A DNA stretch of 64,000 bases from Perkinsus chesapeaki ATCC PRA-425 (Eukaryota; Protista; Perkinsozoa), in the NCBI GenBank assembly GCA_013115145.1, contig JAAPAO010000015.1, positions 62,001 to 126,000 on the forward strand. Reading direction: 5' to 3'. Positions 27,309-37,519 of this stretch are shown one piece after another. A program made the position numbers and the translations under genes. Below the pieces are notes generated by a model. That model did no database searches, was not told the DNA's origin, and saw nothing but the letters and a program-made list of their open reading frames with translations. The first letter of the stretch is position 1. Each line of letters opens with the position of its first letter.

Positions 27309-30300
27309 ATGTCATCTTCTGCCCCCAATAGAGCCATCGTTGTTGGCGGGGGTCTCGCTGGTTTCACTGCGGCCAACACCATCCTCGAGGCTGGTGGCCG
27401 AGTATTACTTATTGATAAATCTGCGTTCTGTGGAGGCAACTCTTCCAAGGCCACTTCGGGTATCAACGGTGCCGTGACGAAGACACAGAAGGCCTTAAAT
27501 GTTCAGGATTCCAATGAACTTTTTGAATCAGACTGTATGAAGGGTGGCGCCAAGCATCCCGAACTTGTCAAGGTTATGGTTGAGAACTCCGGCTCCTCTG
27601 TAGACTGGTTGATGGACAACTTCGACCTGGACCTATCTCTCCTTGCTCGCCTCGGTGGTCACTCTGTCGAGCGTACTCATCGTGGTAAGGAAAGGTTCCC
27701 TGGTATGACCATCACCTACGCTGAGATCCAAATGGCCGAGGCTATCGCCAAGAAGTTCCCTGATAGGTGCGAGATCTTGAACAAGTGCAGGGCAACCAAG
27801 TTGCTAACTACCCCCAACGGTGACGTCAACGGTGTGCAGTACACAACTAGGAAGGGTGACGTTATCGAGGAGTACGGCCCTGTTATTCTTGCTACTGGTG
27901 GCTTTGGTGCCGATTTCTCGGAATCCGGCATTCTCGCCAAGGTCCGCCCCGATCTACTTAAGCTGTCGACTACTAATGGTGAGCACTGCACTGGTGATGG
28001 CATTAAGATGGGCCAGGCCATCGGTGCTCAGACAGTCGATTTGGACTTCGTCCAGGTTCACCCCACTGGCTTAGTCAACCCCAAGGATCCCGATGCTAAG
28101 GTGAAGTTCCTTGCCGCTGAGGCCCTTAGGGGTGTAGGTGGCATTCTCTTGGATGCGAATGGAAAGAGGTTCGTTAATGAGCTCCATCGTCGTGACTACG
28201 TCTCCAATACTATGTTCAAGAACAAGGCTCCTTTCCGTCTCGTCCTCAACAGCAAGTCCGCTGAAGAGATCCATTGGCATTGTGAGCATTACAAGGGCCG
28301 AGGTGTTATGAAGGAGTTCAAGACTGGTCGTGATTTAGCTAAGGAGATGGGTATCAGCCCTTCTGTGTTGGAGCAGACCTTCAAGGAGTACAACGAGATT
28401 ATGAAGAAGCAAGTCAACGACCCTAACGGTGGTCCTTATGATGCCTACCCCTCTGGCAAGACCTACGATCCTTTCGGCAAGAAGTTCTTCAAGGACTACC
28501 CAATGTCTATCGACGACACCTTCCAGGTCGCCATTGTTACCCCTCTGGTTCACTACACCATGGGTGGTCTGAAGATCAACACTTTCGGTCAAGTCCTTGG
28601 TCCCAAGGACAAGCCTATCAAGGGTCTCTATGCTGCTGGTGAGGTTATGGGAGGCGTCCACGGCAACAACAGGCTTGGTGGTAACTCTTTGCTGGACTGT
28701 GTTGCCTATGGGCGTGTCACTGGTAAGCATCTGGCCTCTAACGTCCTCAAGTTGAAGGCTGATGATGCTGTTCCACTGAAGGACCTTAAGGAGGGTCGCA
28801 CCGCACCTAATGTTCGCGCCATCGTCGTAGGCGGTGGTTTGGCTGGATTCTCCGCGGCTAATACTATCTTGGAGAATGGTGGTAGTGTTATCTTGCTTGA
28901 TAAGTCTGCCTTCTGCGGTGGGAACTCCTCTAAGGCTACTTCTGGTATTAATGGTGCTTGCACCAAGACTCAGAAGGCTCTTGGCGTCAAGGATTCCAAT
29001 GAGCTCTTCTATAATGACTGCATGAAGGGTGGTGCTAAGCATCCTCATCTGGTCAAGGCCATGGTCGACAACTCTGGTGCCTCTGTCAACTGGTTGATGG
29101 ACAACTTTGACTTGGATCTTTCTCTCCTTGCTCGCCTCGGTGGTCACTCTGCTGAGCGTACTCATCGTGGTAAGGAAAGGTTCCCTGGTATGACCATCAC
29201 CTATGCTGAGATCCAAATGGCCGAGGCTATCGCCAAGAAGTTCCCTGATAGATGCCAGATCGTGAATAAGGCCCGTGTCACCGAGTTGCTTACCGACTCT
29301 CAGGGCACTGTTGTTGGCTGCAAATATACCGACAAGAAGGGCCAAGTTCATGAGGAGAAGGGTCCCGTCATCCTCGCCACTGGTGGCTTTGGTGCTGATT
29401 TTTCTCCTGATGGCATTTTGGCCAAGGTCCGTCCTGATCTCTTGAAGTTGGCCACCACCAACGGTGAGCACTGTACCGGTGATGGCATCAAGATGGGCAT
29501 GGCCGTTGGCGCTCAGACTGTCGATCTTGAGTTTGTCCAGGTTCACCCCACTGGGTTGGTCAACCCTAAGGACCCCGATACTAAGGTCAAGTTCTTGGCT
29601 GCGGAGGCACTTCGCGGTGTAGGTGGTATTCTGCTCGATGCTGATGGAAAGAGGTTCGTCAACGAGCTCCACCGTCGTGACTATGTCTCTAACACCATGT
29701 TCAAGAACAAGGGTCCCTTCCGTCTTGTGTTGAACTCTTCTTCATCCGAGGAGATTCACTGGCATTGTGAGCACTATAAGGGTCGCGGTGTCATGAAGGA
29801 GTTTGCTAGTGCTAATGCTCTCGCTCAGGAGATGGGGATCAACCCTTCTGTCCTGGACCAGACCTTCAAGGAGTACAACGCCATCATGAAGAAGCAGATC
29901 GACGATCCGGACAACGGCCCATATGATGCTTATCCAAGCGGCAAGACCCACGATCCCTTCGGCAAGAAGTTCTTCAAGCCCTATCCTATGAAGATGGATG
30001 ACCACTTCAATGTCGCCATTGTCACCCCATTGATCCATTACACCATGGGTGGCCTTAAGATTGATGATCACGGCCGTGTTCTCGCCGAGGGTGATAAGCC
30101 AATCCCGGGTCTCTACGCTGCTGGTGAGCTTATGGGTGGTGTCCATGGCAACAACCGTCTTGGTGGTAACTCCCTGCTAGACTGCGTGGTCTATGGCCGC
30201 CTTACTGGCAAGGACTGCGCTAAGTACATGCTGAAGGGTAAGACTAAGCCTGTCCCTCTGAAGTCTCTGAAGCAGGGCCTCACCAAGGATGTCAAGACGG

Positions 30301-33300
30301 TTATTGTTGTCGGTGGTGGTCTGGCCGGTTTCTCTGCAGCTAACACTGTCTTAGAGAAAGGTGGTCAAGTTCTGTTGCTCGACAAATCTGCCTTCTGCGG
30401 TGGTAACTCGTCTAAGGCTACTTCGGGTATCAATGGCGCCAACACCAAGACTCAGAAGGCTCTCGGTGTGAAGGACTCTAACGAGCTCTTCTACTCCGAT
30501 TGCATGAAGGGTGGTGCTAAGAAGCCCGATCTTGTCAACGCTATGGTTGAGAACTCTGGTACCTCTGTTAACTGGTTGATGGACAACTTCGACTTGGACC
30601 TATCCCTCCTTGCCCGCCTCGGTGGTCACTCTGTTGAGCGTACTCATCGTGGTAAGGAAAGGTTCCCTGGTATGACCATCACCTACGCTGAGATCCAAAT
30701 GGCCGAGGCTATCGCCAAGAACCATCCTGATAAGTGCAAGATAATGAACAAGGCTCGTGTCACCAAGTTGCTTACCGGTGATGATGGCTCTGTTACCGGC
30801 GTTGTTTATGAGACTAAGGATGGCCAGAAGCATGAGGCCTATGGTCCTGTTATTCTCGCTACTGGTGGTTTCGGTGCCGACTTCTCTCCTGATGGTATCC
30901 TGGCTAAGGTTCGCCCTGACTTGCTGGGTCTTTCTACTACCAACGGCGAGCACTGCACTGGTGATGGTATCAAGATGGGAATGGAGGTTGGAGCTGATAC
31001 CCTTGACTTGGAGTTTGTTCAAGTTCATCCTACTGGTTTGGTCAACCCTAAGGACCCCAATTCCAAGGTGAAGTTCCTTGCCGCTGAAGCCCTTAGGGGT
31101 GTAGGTGGTATTCTCTTGGACGCTGATGGAAACCGGTTTGTTAATGAGCTCCATCGTCGTGACTACGTCTCCAACACTATGTTCAAGAACAAGGCTCCCT
31201 TCCGTCTCGTCCTCAACAGCAAGTCCGCTGAAGAGATCCATTGGCATTGTGAGCACTACAAGGGCCGAGGTGTTATGAAGGAGTTTGCTACCGGCGCCGA
31301 CTTGGCTAAGGAGATGGGCATCCCTACTTCGAAGCTCGAGCAGACCTTCAAGACCTATAATGAGGTTATGCAAAAGCAGTTGAAGGATCCTGATGGAGGC
31401 CCGTATGATGCCTATCCCTCTGGCAAGACCTACGATCCGTTTGGCAAGAAGTTCTTCAAGGACTATCCTATGTCTGTCAACGACACCTTCCAGGTCGCCG
31501 TGGTCACTCCTTTGGTTCACTACACCATGGGCGGCTTAACCATTGACACCAAGGGTCGTGTTCTTGACAAGAAGGGTCAGCCTATCAAGGGTCTTTATGC
31601 TGCTGGTGAGGTTATGGGAGGCGTCCACGGCAACAACAGGCTTGGTGGTAACTCTCTACTGGATTGTGTTGTCTATGGCCGCCTTACTGGTGCGGACTGT
31701 GCCAACTACGCCGGTGCTGACGAGCCTGTAAGCCTCAAGCAGCTGAAGAGCACTACCACTGCTGTTGCTGCTCCACCTGCCGCTCCGGCCAAGGCCGCCC
31801 CTAAGCCCGCTCCTGTAGCTGCCCCGGCTCCCGTAGCTGCTCCTTCAGGTCCTGCTCCTATCACCATGGCTGATGTGGCCAAGCACAACACCAAGGACGA
31901 CTGCTGGGTGGTTATCAACGGTGACATCCTCAATGTGACCGACTTCCTTCCCGATCATCCCGGTGGAGATCTCGCTATTATGACTTTCGCTGGTAGAGAT
32001 GCCACGACTGAGTTCAACATGATTCACCCGCCGGATGTGATTGAGAAGTACGCTCCTGATGCTATCATCGGTCAGGTTGGTGTGGCCCCTGCTGGTGGTG
32101 CTCCGGCTGCAGCTGCCCCCGCGGCCGCAGCAGCTCCTGCCGCTGGTGGTGGTATTACTATGGACGAAGTGGCTAAGCACAATACTAAGGATGACTGCTG
32201 GGTTGTTATCAATGGTGATGTTCTTAACGTTACGGAGTTCCTTCCTGACCATCCTGGTGGAGACCTTGCTATTATGACTTTCGCTGGTCGCGACGCCTCC
32301 AACGAGTTCAATATGATCCACCCGCCAGATGTTATTGAGAAGTATGCTCCGGAGGCTGTCATCGGTCAAGTTGGTACTGGTGCCCCTGCCGCAGCCCCGG
32401 CTGCTGGCGCCCCTGCTGCTCCTGTCCCGGCCAATGGTAAGACTATGGAAGAGGTCGCCAAGCACAACAAGAGAGAAGATTGCTGGGTTGTTATTAATGG
32501 CCAGGTCCTCGATGTCACGGAGTTCCTTCCTGATCATCCTGGTGGAGATCTGGCTATCCTGACCTTCGCTGGTCGTGACGCTACCAATGAGTTCAACATG
32601 ATTCATCCGCCGGATGTCATTGAGAAATATGCTCCGGAGGCTGTCATTGGACCTGTTGTGCAAGCCACTGCTCAACCGGCGGCTCCGGCTGCTGCTGGTG
32701 GACTCACTCAACCTCTTCTTGCCGACCCGAGGGTCGCCAAAGAACAATGGTGGGGTGAGGACCGCAACACTGCTGTTATGCATGGACCATTGGGAGAGTC
32801 CGTCTACTCTTATTGTGCTGGTGTTGTCTATTTCGCCTGGTTGCTCATTCTAGAGACATTGAAGACTATCTTTACTGTCAAGAACTACAAGGTTATTCAT
32901 GACAAGTCTGGATTGACTAGATCCGCTATGTTCTTGATTGTTTTCGTGATTATTCACGGCCTTGGTAATCTTCACTGTTTCTTTGGTCCAGATCACTTCA
33001 ATGGTTATGCCTACTTCCTCAACCATCCGTGCCCCTGGAGTACTCTTCTTCTTCCAGTTGAGATCTATCTTCTCGCTGCTGGGCTGCTCCACGTAACGGT
33101 TGGTCTTGTCCGTACCTACAAGTTCAAGACTATCAATACGGCATTCGACCAACTGTGGCTTATTACGACTGGGGTTGTCCTTCTGGTGTTCTTGATCGTG
33201 CACTTGATACAGTTCCGCCTCGTCTCTGAGGCCGCCGCCCCCCAGTATTACTTCCGCGCTAAGTGGATGTATCCCTTCTTCTGCGACAAGGATGACACTT

Positions 33301-33611
33301 CGTGTGCTGTGGTTCACTTCAAGGATCTTTACAAGATGGAATTCCAGATCTTCGAGAGCTTAGGTTGGGTCTGCTTCTATCTTGTTGGTGTTATGTCTTT
33401 CATTCTCCACGTGAAGGAGGGTCTGAGGAAGGTCATTGCTGCTCATCCGGCAGTCCCAAGGAAGTACAAGGGCAGGACAACTACCATTGCCAATCTCGTT
33501 GTGACGTTCATTGGTCTAATCTACTTGTCCTATCCCATCTTCTGCTACTTCGCCCCCGTCAAGAGCTGGAAGAAGTATGATGAAGAGATGATTCAGCCTG
33601 GTACGCCCTAG
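27309..33611 (+). CDS. Multidomain fumarate reductase: 3x FccA/Osm1-type FAD domain + 3x cytochrome b5 + SdhC/cytochrome b558-like membrane anchor
   Basis: Intronless 2100-aa ORF. It has three GGGLAG...QVHPTG...EALRG...RRD...HYTMGG...HGNNRLGGNSL units (about aa 8-480, 503-975, 997-1470) and three KHNxKxDCW...HPGG...IHP b5 units (about aa 1518, 1616, 1711). Five hydrophobic helices carry His1883/1928/1965/2034. Confidence 0.92.
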   Translation: MSSSAPNRAIVVGGGLAGFTAANTILEAGGRVLLIDKSAFCGGNSSKATSGINGAVTKTQKALNVQDSNELFESDCMKGGAKHPELVKVMVENSGSSVDWLMDNFDLDLSLLARLGGHSVERTHRGKERFPGMTITYAEIQMAEAIAKKFPDRCEILNKCRATKLLTTPNGDVNGVQYTTRKGDVIEEYGPVILATGGFGADFSESGILAKVRPDLLKLSTTNGEHCTGDGIKMGQAIGAQTVDLDFVQVHPTGLVNPKDPDAKVKFLAAEALRGVGGILLDANGKRFVNELHRRDYVSNTMFKNKAPFRLVLNSKSAEEIHWHCEHYKGRGVMKEFKTGRDLAKEMGISPSVLEQTFKEYNEIMKKQVNDPNGGPYDAYPSGKTYDPFGKKFFKDYPMSIDDTFQVAIVTPLVHYTMGGLKINTFGQVLGPKDKPIKGLYAAGEVMGGVHGNNRLGGNSLLDCVAYGRVTGKHLASNVLKLKADDAVPLKDLKEGRTAPNVRAIVVGGGLAGFSAANTILENGGSVILLDKSAFCGGNSSKATSGINGACTKTQKALGVKDSNELFYNDCMKGGAKHPHLVKAMVDNSGASVNWLMDNFDLDLSLLARLGGHSAERTHRGKERFPGMTITYAEIQMAEAIAKKFPDRCQIVNKARVTELLTDSQGTVVGCKYTDKKGQVHEEKGPVILATGGFGADFSPDGILAKVRPDLLKLATTNGEHCTGDGIKMGMAVGAQTVDLEFVQVHPTGLVNPKDPDTKVKFLAAEALRGVGGILLDADGKRFVNELHRRDYVSNTMFKNKGPFRLVLNSSSSEEIHWHCEHYKGRGVMKEFASANALAQEMGINPSVLDQTFKEYNAIMKKQIDDPDNGPYDAYPSGKTHDPFGKKFFKPYPMKMDDHFNVAIVTPLIHYTMGGLKIDDHGRVLAEGDKPIPGLYAAGELMGGVHGNNRLGGNSLLDCVVYGRLTGKDCAKYMLKGKTKPVPLKSLKQGLTKDVKTVIVVGGGLAGFSAANTVLEKGGQVLLLDKSAFCGGNSSKATSGINGANTKTQKALGVKDSNELFYSDCMKGGAKKPDLVNAMVENSGTSVNWLMDNFDLDLSLLARLGGHSVERTHRGKERFPGMTITYAEIQMAEAIAKNHPDKCKIMNKARVTKLLTGDDGSVTGVVYETKDGQKHEAYGPVILATGGFGADFSPDGILAKVRPDLLGLSTTNGEHCTGDGIKMGMEVGADTLDLEFVQVHPTGLVNPKDPNSKVKFLAAEALRGVGGILLDADGNRFVNELHRRDYVSNTMFKNKAPFRLVLNSKSAEEIHWHCEHYKGRGVMKEFATGADLAKEMGIPTSKLEQTFKTYNEVMQKQLKDPDGGPYDAYPSGKTYDPFGKKFFKDYPMSVNDTFQVAVVTPLVHYTMGGLTIDTKGRVLDKKGQPIKGLYAAGEVMGGVHGNNRLGGNSLLDCVVYGRLTGADCANYAGADEPVSLKQLKSTTTAVAAPPAAPAKAAPKPAPVAAPAPVAAPSGPAPITMADVAKHNTKDDCWVVINGDILNVTDFLPDHPGGDLAIMTFAGRDATTEFNMIHPPDVIEKYAPDAIIGQVGVAPAGGAPAAAAPAAAAAPAAGGGITMDEVAKHNTKDDCWVVINGDVLNVTEFLPDHPGGDLAIMTFAGRDASNEFNMIHPPDVIEKYAPEAVIGQVGTGAPAAAPAAGAPAAPVPANGKTMEEVAKHNKREDCWVVINGQVLDVTEFLPDHPGGDLAILTFAGRDATNEFNMIHPPDVIEKYAPEAVIGPVVQATAQPAAPAAAGGLTQPLLADPRVAKEQWWGEDRNTAVMHGPLGESVYSYCAGVVYFAWLLILETLKTIFTVKNYKVIHDKSGLTRSAMFLIVFVIIHGLGNLHCFFGPDHFNGYAYFLNHPCPWSTLLLPVEIYLLAAGLLHVTVGLVRTYKFKTINTAFDQLWLITTGVVLLVFLIVHLIQFRLVSEAAAPQYYFRAKWMYPFFCDKDDTSCAVVHFKDLYKMEFQIFESLGWVCFYLVGVMSFILHVKEGLRKVIAAHPAVPRKYKGRTTTIANLVVTFIGLIYLSYPIFCYFAPVKSWKKYDEEMIQPGTP

Positions 33612-35305
33612 AGGAATGATAAGATTTTTTCCTACGATGCAAATGTGTCTCTGTAGTTGAATATGCAGAGAAGAATGATGGATGACTATGATTAACTGAT
33701 GGTCCAGATACCATCTGTCTACTTTATCTTATGTAGCACATCTCACTAGAATATTCGCCTATTACTTGATGTTATTGCGTTGTCAGTCGAGAAAGTCCTA
33801 CCAGTGCAGTATTCATAATACCGCGGAACAGTATTGCGTCCCTAAGGTGCCGGCTGGTCCCATTCTAATCGGGTAGTGGAGTAGCAAGTGTTGTGACCAG
33901 GGTGAGTTGCTCGATTGACAAGCGTGACACTACGCTCTACTCTATTAGTAACACTTAGTAGTAATCTATTGGGTGAGCCAGCCGTAACTAGCAGAATGAA
34001 CTGGACGCTAGCGACAGGCCTGGAGCGTTATCACGCAATGATGGAAAGAGAGACAACTTTCACGCACGCAGCTGCATGGCAACTTTTGGGTACACTGTAA
34101 ACAAACCCGACCCACCTGTCAACCCTTTTGTTCAAACGAATACAACACTAGATGTCTCTGGAGAGTGGAGAGCCGTTACACGGAAGCGAGAAGACTGCGA
34201 ACCGTAGCGGGGCCAAAATAGATCCCGGACAGTGCGAGACCATGGAGGGACTTATCGGCACACATACGATCTCCCGTCACCTTACGTTGGTCGAATTCTG
34301 TTCGGCTTCGTGGAGCTAAGAGTTTATGGGGTTCTCCCGCGTAGCCGTGCAAGCATGTACTATAGACTGCATTGTGCCCCGCCTGACCCATTTGGCTCGC
34401 TATATTTGTCTCGGTACAGCTACGAGCATCTGCTACTAGCAGACTCCCTGCTCAGCTTCGGTTAGGTGGTGAGTGCTTTATTCCGTTTGGCAGTGAAGTT
34501 GCTAACAACAGGAGTTTCGCCATTTGCTTGGACGAGAGCGGAGGTTTGGCTCTTCCCCAGTTGTTTTTGAGACCCTCCGCTATAGTATCACGGTGTGGTA
34601 GAGATTGACGAACTCTTGCTGCTCAATCTTCGGGGATCTGATGGGTATTATTTACGTCCTAACTATGTGGGCGGAAGTGAAACACAGTCGCACAAGATCA
34701 CTGACCTTGTGGCACAAGGCTTGTGCGAGCAGGTGTACTGCCACGGCAGCTTCTAAACAGAAACTGTAGCCATTCCTCATCATCAGAACCGTAGTGTTCG
34801 CAGAACGGTACGCTTATTATATGAAGGAATGGTCACACCGTGGGTAATCGCAGAAACGTGAGAGAAATGGTTGAAGCCCAAGGAGAGATTTAAGGAACTT
34901 AGGCACGTGGTCACATGTCATGACTTGACTGATACCGGACTGCCATGAAAATCCCTTCAGCTTTTCGCAAAAGCATAACCGACTTACTCCGTAACTGAGA
35001 CAGAACTTGCTAAGACATGAACTCTTCGAGTCTCGTACGATGATCTTTATGATTGACACCCTGCGTTATGAGTGCTAGTGTTTTCGTTGTGGTATCCAAC
35101 AATACATAAAAGAAGCTTCTCACGCGGCAATCACTTATAACTAAACTGAATTCTGGTATTGAATTCAGAACTCACATACATCAGGAAGCTCAGTGGTTAT
35201 TATTCAGCGAGTTGTTACTATTGGCCAAGGTCACCTTGACTAAAGCAATAGAAATCATTCACTTGACTAAGGTAACACAAACAGAGAGCGGATGGAAAAT
35301 GGTTA

Positions 35306-36351
35306 TCAAATGTGGGGTAACAGATTTGCAGCAAGCATGCATCGAGCGCTGCCACCCGATATCTCAATCGTTTCCAAAGGTACTGAGACAACCTTGACGT
35401 GCTTGTTGAGAGATGAGAGCTGTTCTCGGGTTAAACACGAAAATGCTGTTTCCGACATGACCAACCGGCGGACACCATCGCTACCTGTGAGCTCAAACGC
35501 ATTGCCAGCGAACTTGTCAATCTGTGCCAACGTTAAGAGAATGACCTCCTTCTGTGTGTCCTTCAACTTTGCCAACACGCGCGCTTTCTCATTTGCGTCT
35601 CTCACCGCATCTAGGCAGACAAGCGCAAACTCTGTACCCAAAGTTAGCATCACGTTGGTGTGGTAAATGCAGACCCCTCGTCCATCCACCGCAGAGAAGG
35701 GCACGATCTCAAAGTTAGAAAAGTGCTCCGACCATCTCTGAATGGCATCCTTGGTGGCTCTCTTCGACACTGCGACATAGACGGCTCGGTTGGGATTATC
35801 GAACACCAGTGCACCGGTTCCCTCCAAGAATGCGTCGGAGTCTTCTAGTGTGGTCAAGTCGACTTCTCGCTTGACAACGTAGCCCGAATCCTGCAGTTCC
35901 CTAATCAGTTTCTCGAGAAGCCCACGCTCTCGGCGGCGGGATAAGGCGAGCATTGGGTAGATGGCAAGCGTGCCATCAGCATGGGTTGTGAACCAGTTAT
36001 TTGGGAATACTGCATCTGGTTTGGGAGGATCAGCTTCATCCTGGACCACAGTAACTTGAACCTGCATCATGAGATATGAGCAGCTTATCAGCGCTTGTTA
36101 AGCACGAAAATAAGTACGTGTTCAACGAAAAGAAGGTCAACCCGTTCGATCGATCGATAAGCTCTCACTTTGACGGTCTCCCGAAGAACTCTGACGAAGT
36201 TGTCAAATTCATTCTGGGCTTTTTTGAGGAGTCCAGCGCGATTAACTCCGACATCGGTCTGAAAACCATTGTCGAGCGCTGTCTCAGGGTTCGAATAAAA
36301 CACAGCAGGGCGGACCATAATGACGGCCGATGGCGCCTGCCGAGGCAGCAT
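35306..36351 (-). CDS. Amidinotransferase-superfamily hydrolase, CtlX/COG4874-type (citrulline/arginine utilisation)
   Basis: MVRP..F..N.ETA.DN.FQ, PDAVFPNNWF, YPM, LEGTG, IYHTNVM and GGSARCM (Asp/His/Cys catalytic motifs). Single intron at 36062-36168. Confidence 0.88.
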
Positions 36352-37519
36352 TCTCAAAAACGCTGAAAATAAAGCGTCATGGTGAGTAGTGACGAGTAAT
36401 TCACACGGTGTAGTTATAAAGAGCTCGTTTAATAATAGTCAAGAAAATTTGGTTAGCCGAAGTGTGCATGAAAAACCATTACTCTCTCGGCAAAGGGCCT
36501 CCTCGTCTTTCCTTTAAAGCGACGCGTAAATCTACTGCAAATAATATATCCAGTGACTTGCATCGACAAGTGCTCACATCATTATCTACCCCAGCGGAGA
36601 TTTTATTCTAGTGCCACCGAACACTGATTCTTGGCTGTTTCCTCCACTGCCTATACAAAGGCAGTCATGCACCTTGCCCATGCCCGACATCGCACAGTCC
36701 AATGGGACCGTGTTTACCAATCGTCCTTGTTTGCCCGGTAATCTATCGCACATCACTGGCATTATACCAGTCATTAGAAAGTCGAGTGAGAACTGTGGAC
36801 CTCCATAATATCAAAATGCTGAAGAGTCCGGGACAAATATAGATGTGCGCTTGCGTGCAGATGAACGCATGTACAACGCAAGTATCAAGCATATCCACAT
36901 TCTTTAACCCCATATTGCTGAACAAGTGTGCTAATTGCTGTCTCTTATCTGACAATTATGAATCCCAAAGTGAAAGAAGTTACTCGCTTAATCCAACCTC
37001 ACGCTCACGCCTGAAGCCAACTTCCGCACGAAATTCGTTGGAAAATCTTAGTGGGATCTTGCGCACCTAAGATCGCAATCGACAATTGGCTGGATTGGAC
37101 TCCTTGAAGTAAAGATCAGTCGTATCTGAACTCGGAGCTTGCACTATAGCCTACCTGAAGGCGATTACGGAATCGATGCTGTGTATCTGCAAGTTGGAGC
37201 CTGAATCCAGTGCTAGCCACAACTTGGCAGTTTCCAGTTGACACTAAAGTATGTGGAATCGTTCCTTTAGCCGCCCTATTTATTGAACAACTTCACAGGC
37301 ATCACTCCTGAAAGATAAATCTTGACAATCTTAATTGTGCGTAAATTTCAACTTCAATTTTCAGGCTTTTCTTCATTCAAAAAGCCTTTCTCAGCTTTCG
37401 GTCTCGGGGCCGATTTTGAAGTAGCCTTGAGTTGATCGGGCGTCTGTAGAACACCTCCAATATCTGCACTCCACTGCAGCCACTTGTGCTATATTTCCTC
37501 CTCCTATATTGGAGTACTA

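Noticed and set aside
28335-32783. Long antisense ORFs (445, 306, 312 aa) opposite the FRD gene
   Set aside because: Shadow frames produced by the strong codon bias of the sense gene. They show no protein motifs.
33700-35250. Possible additional plus-strand gene
   Set aside because: There are short protein-like fragments, but no consistent exon chain or recognisable motif, so it was left unannotated.
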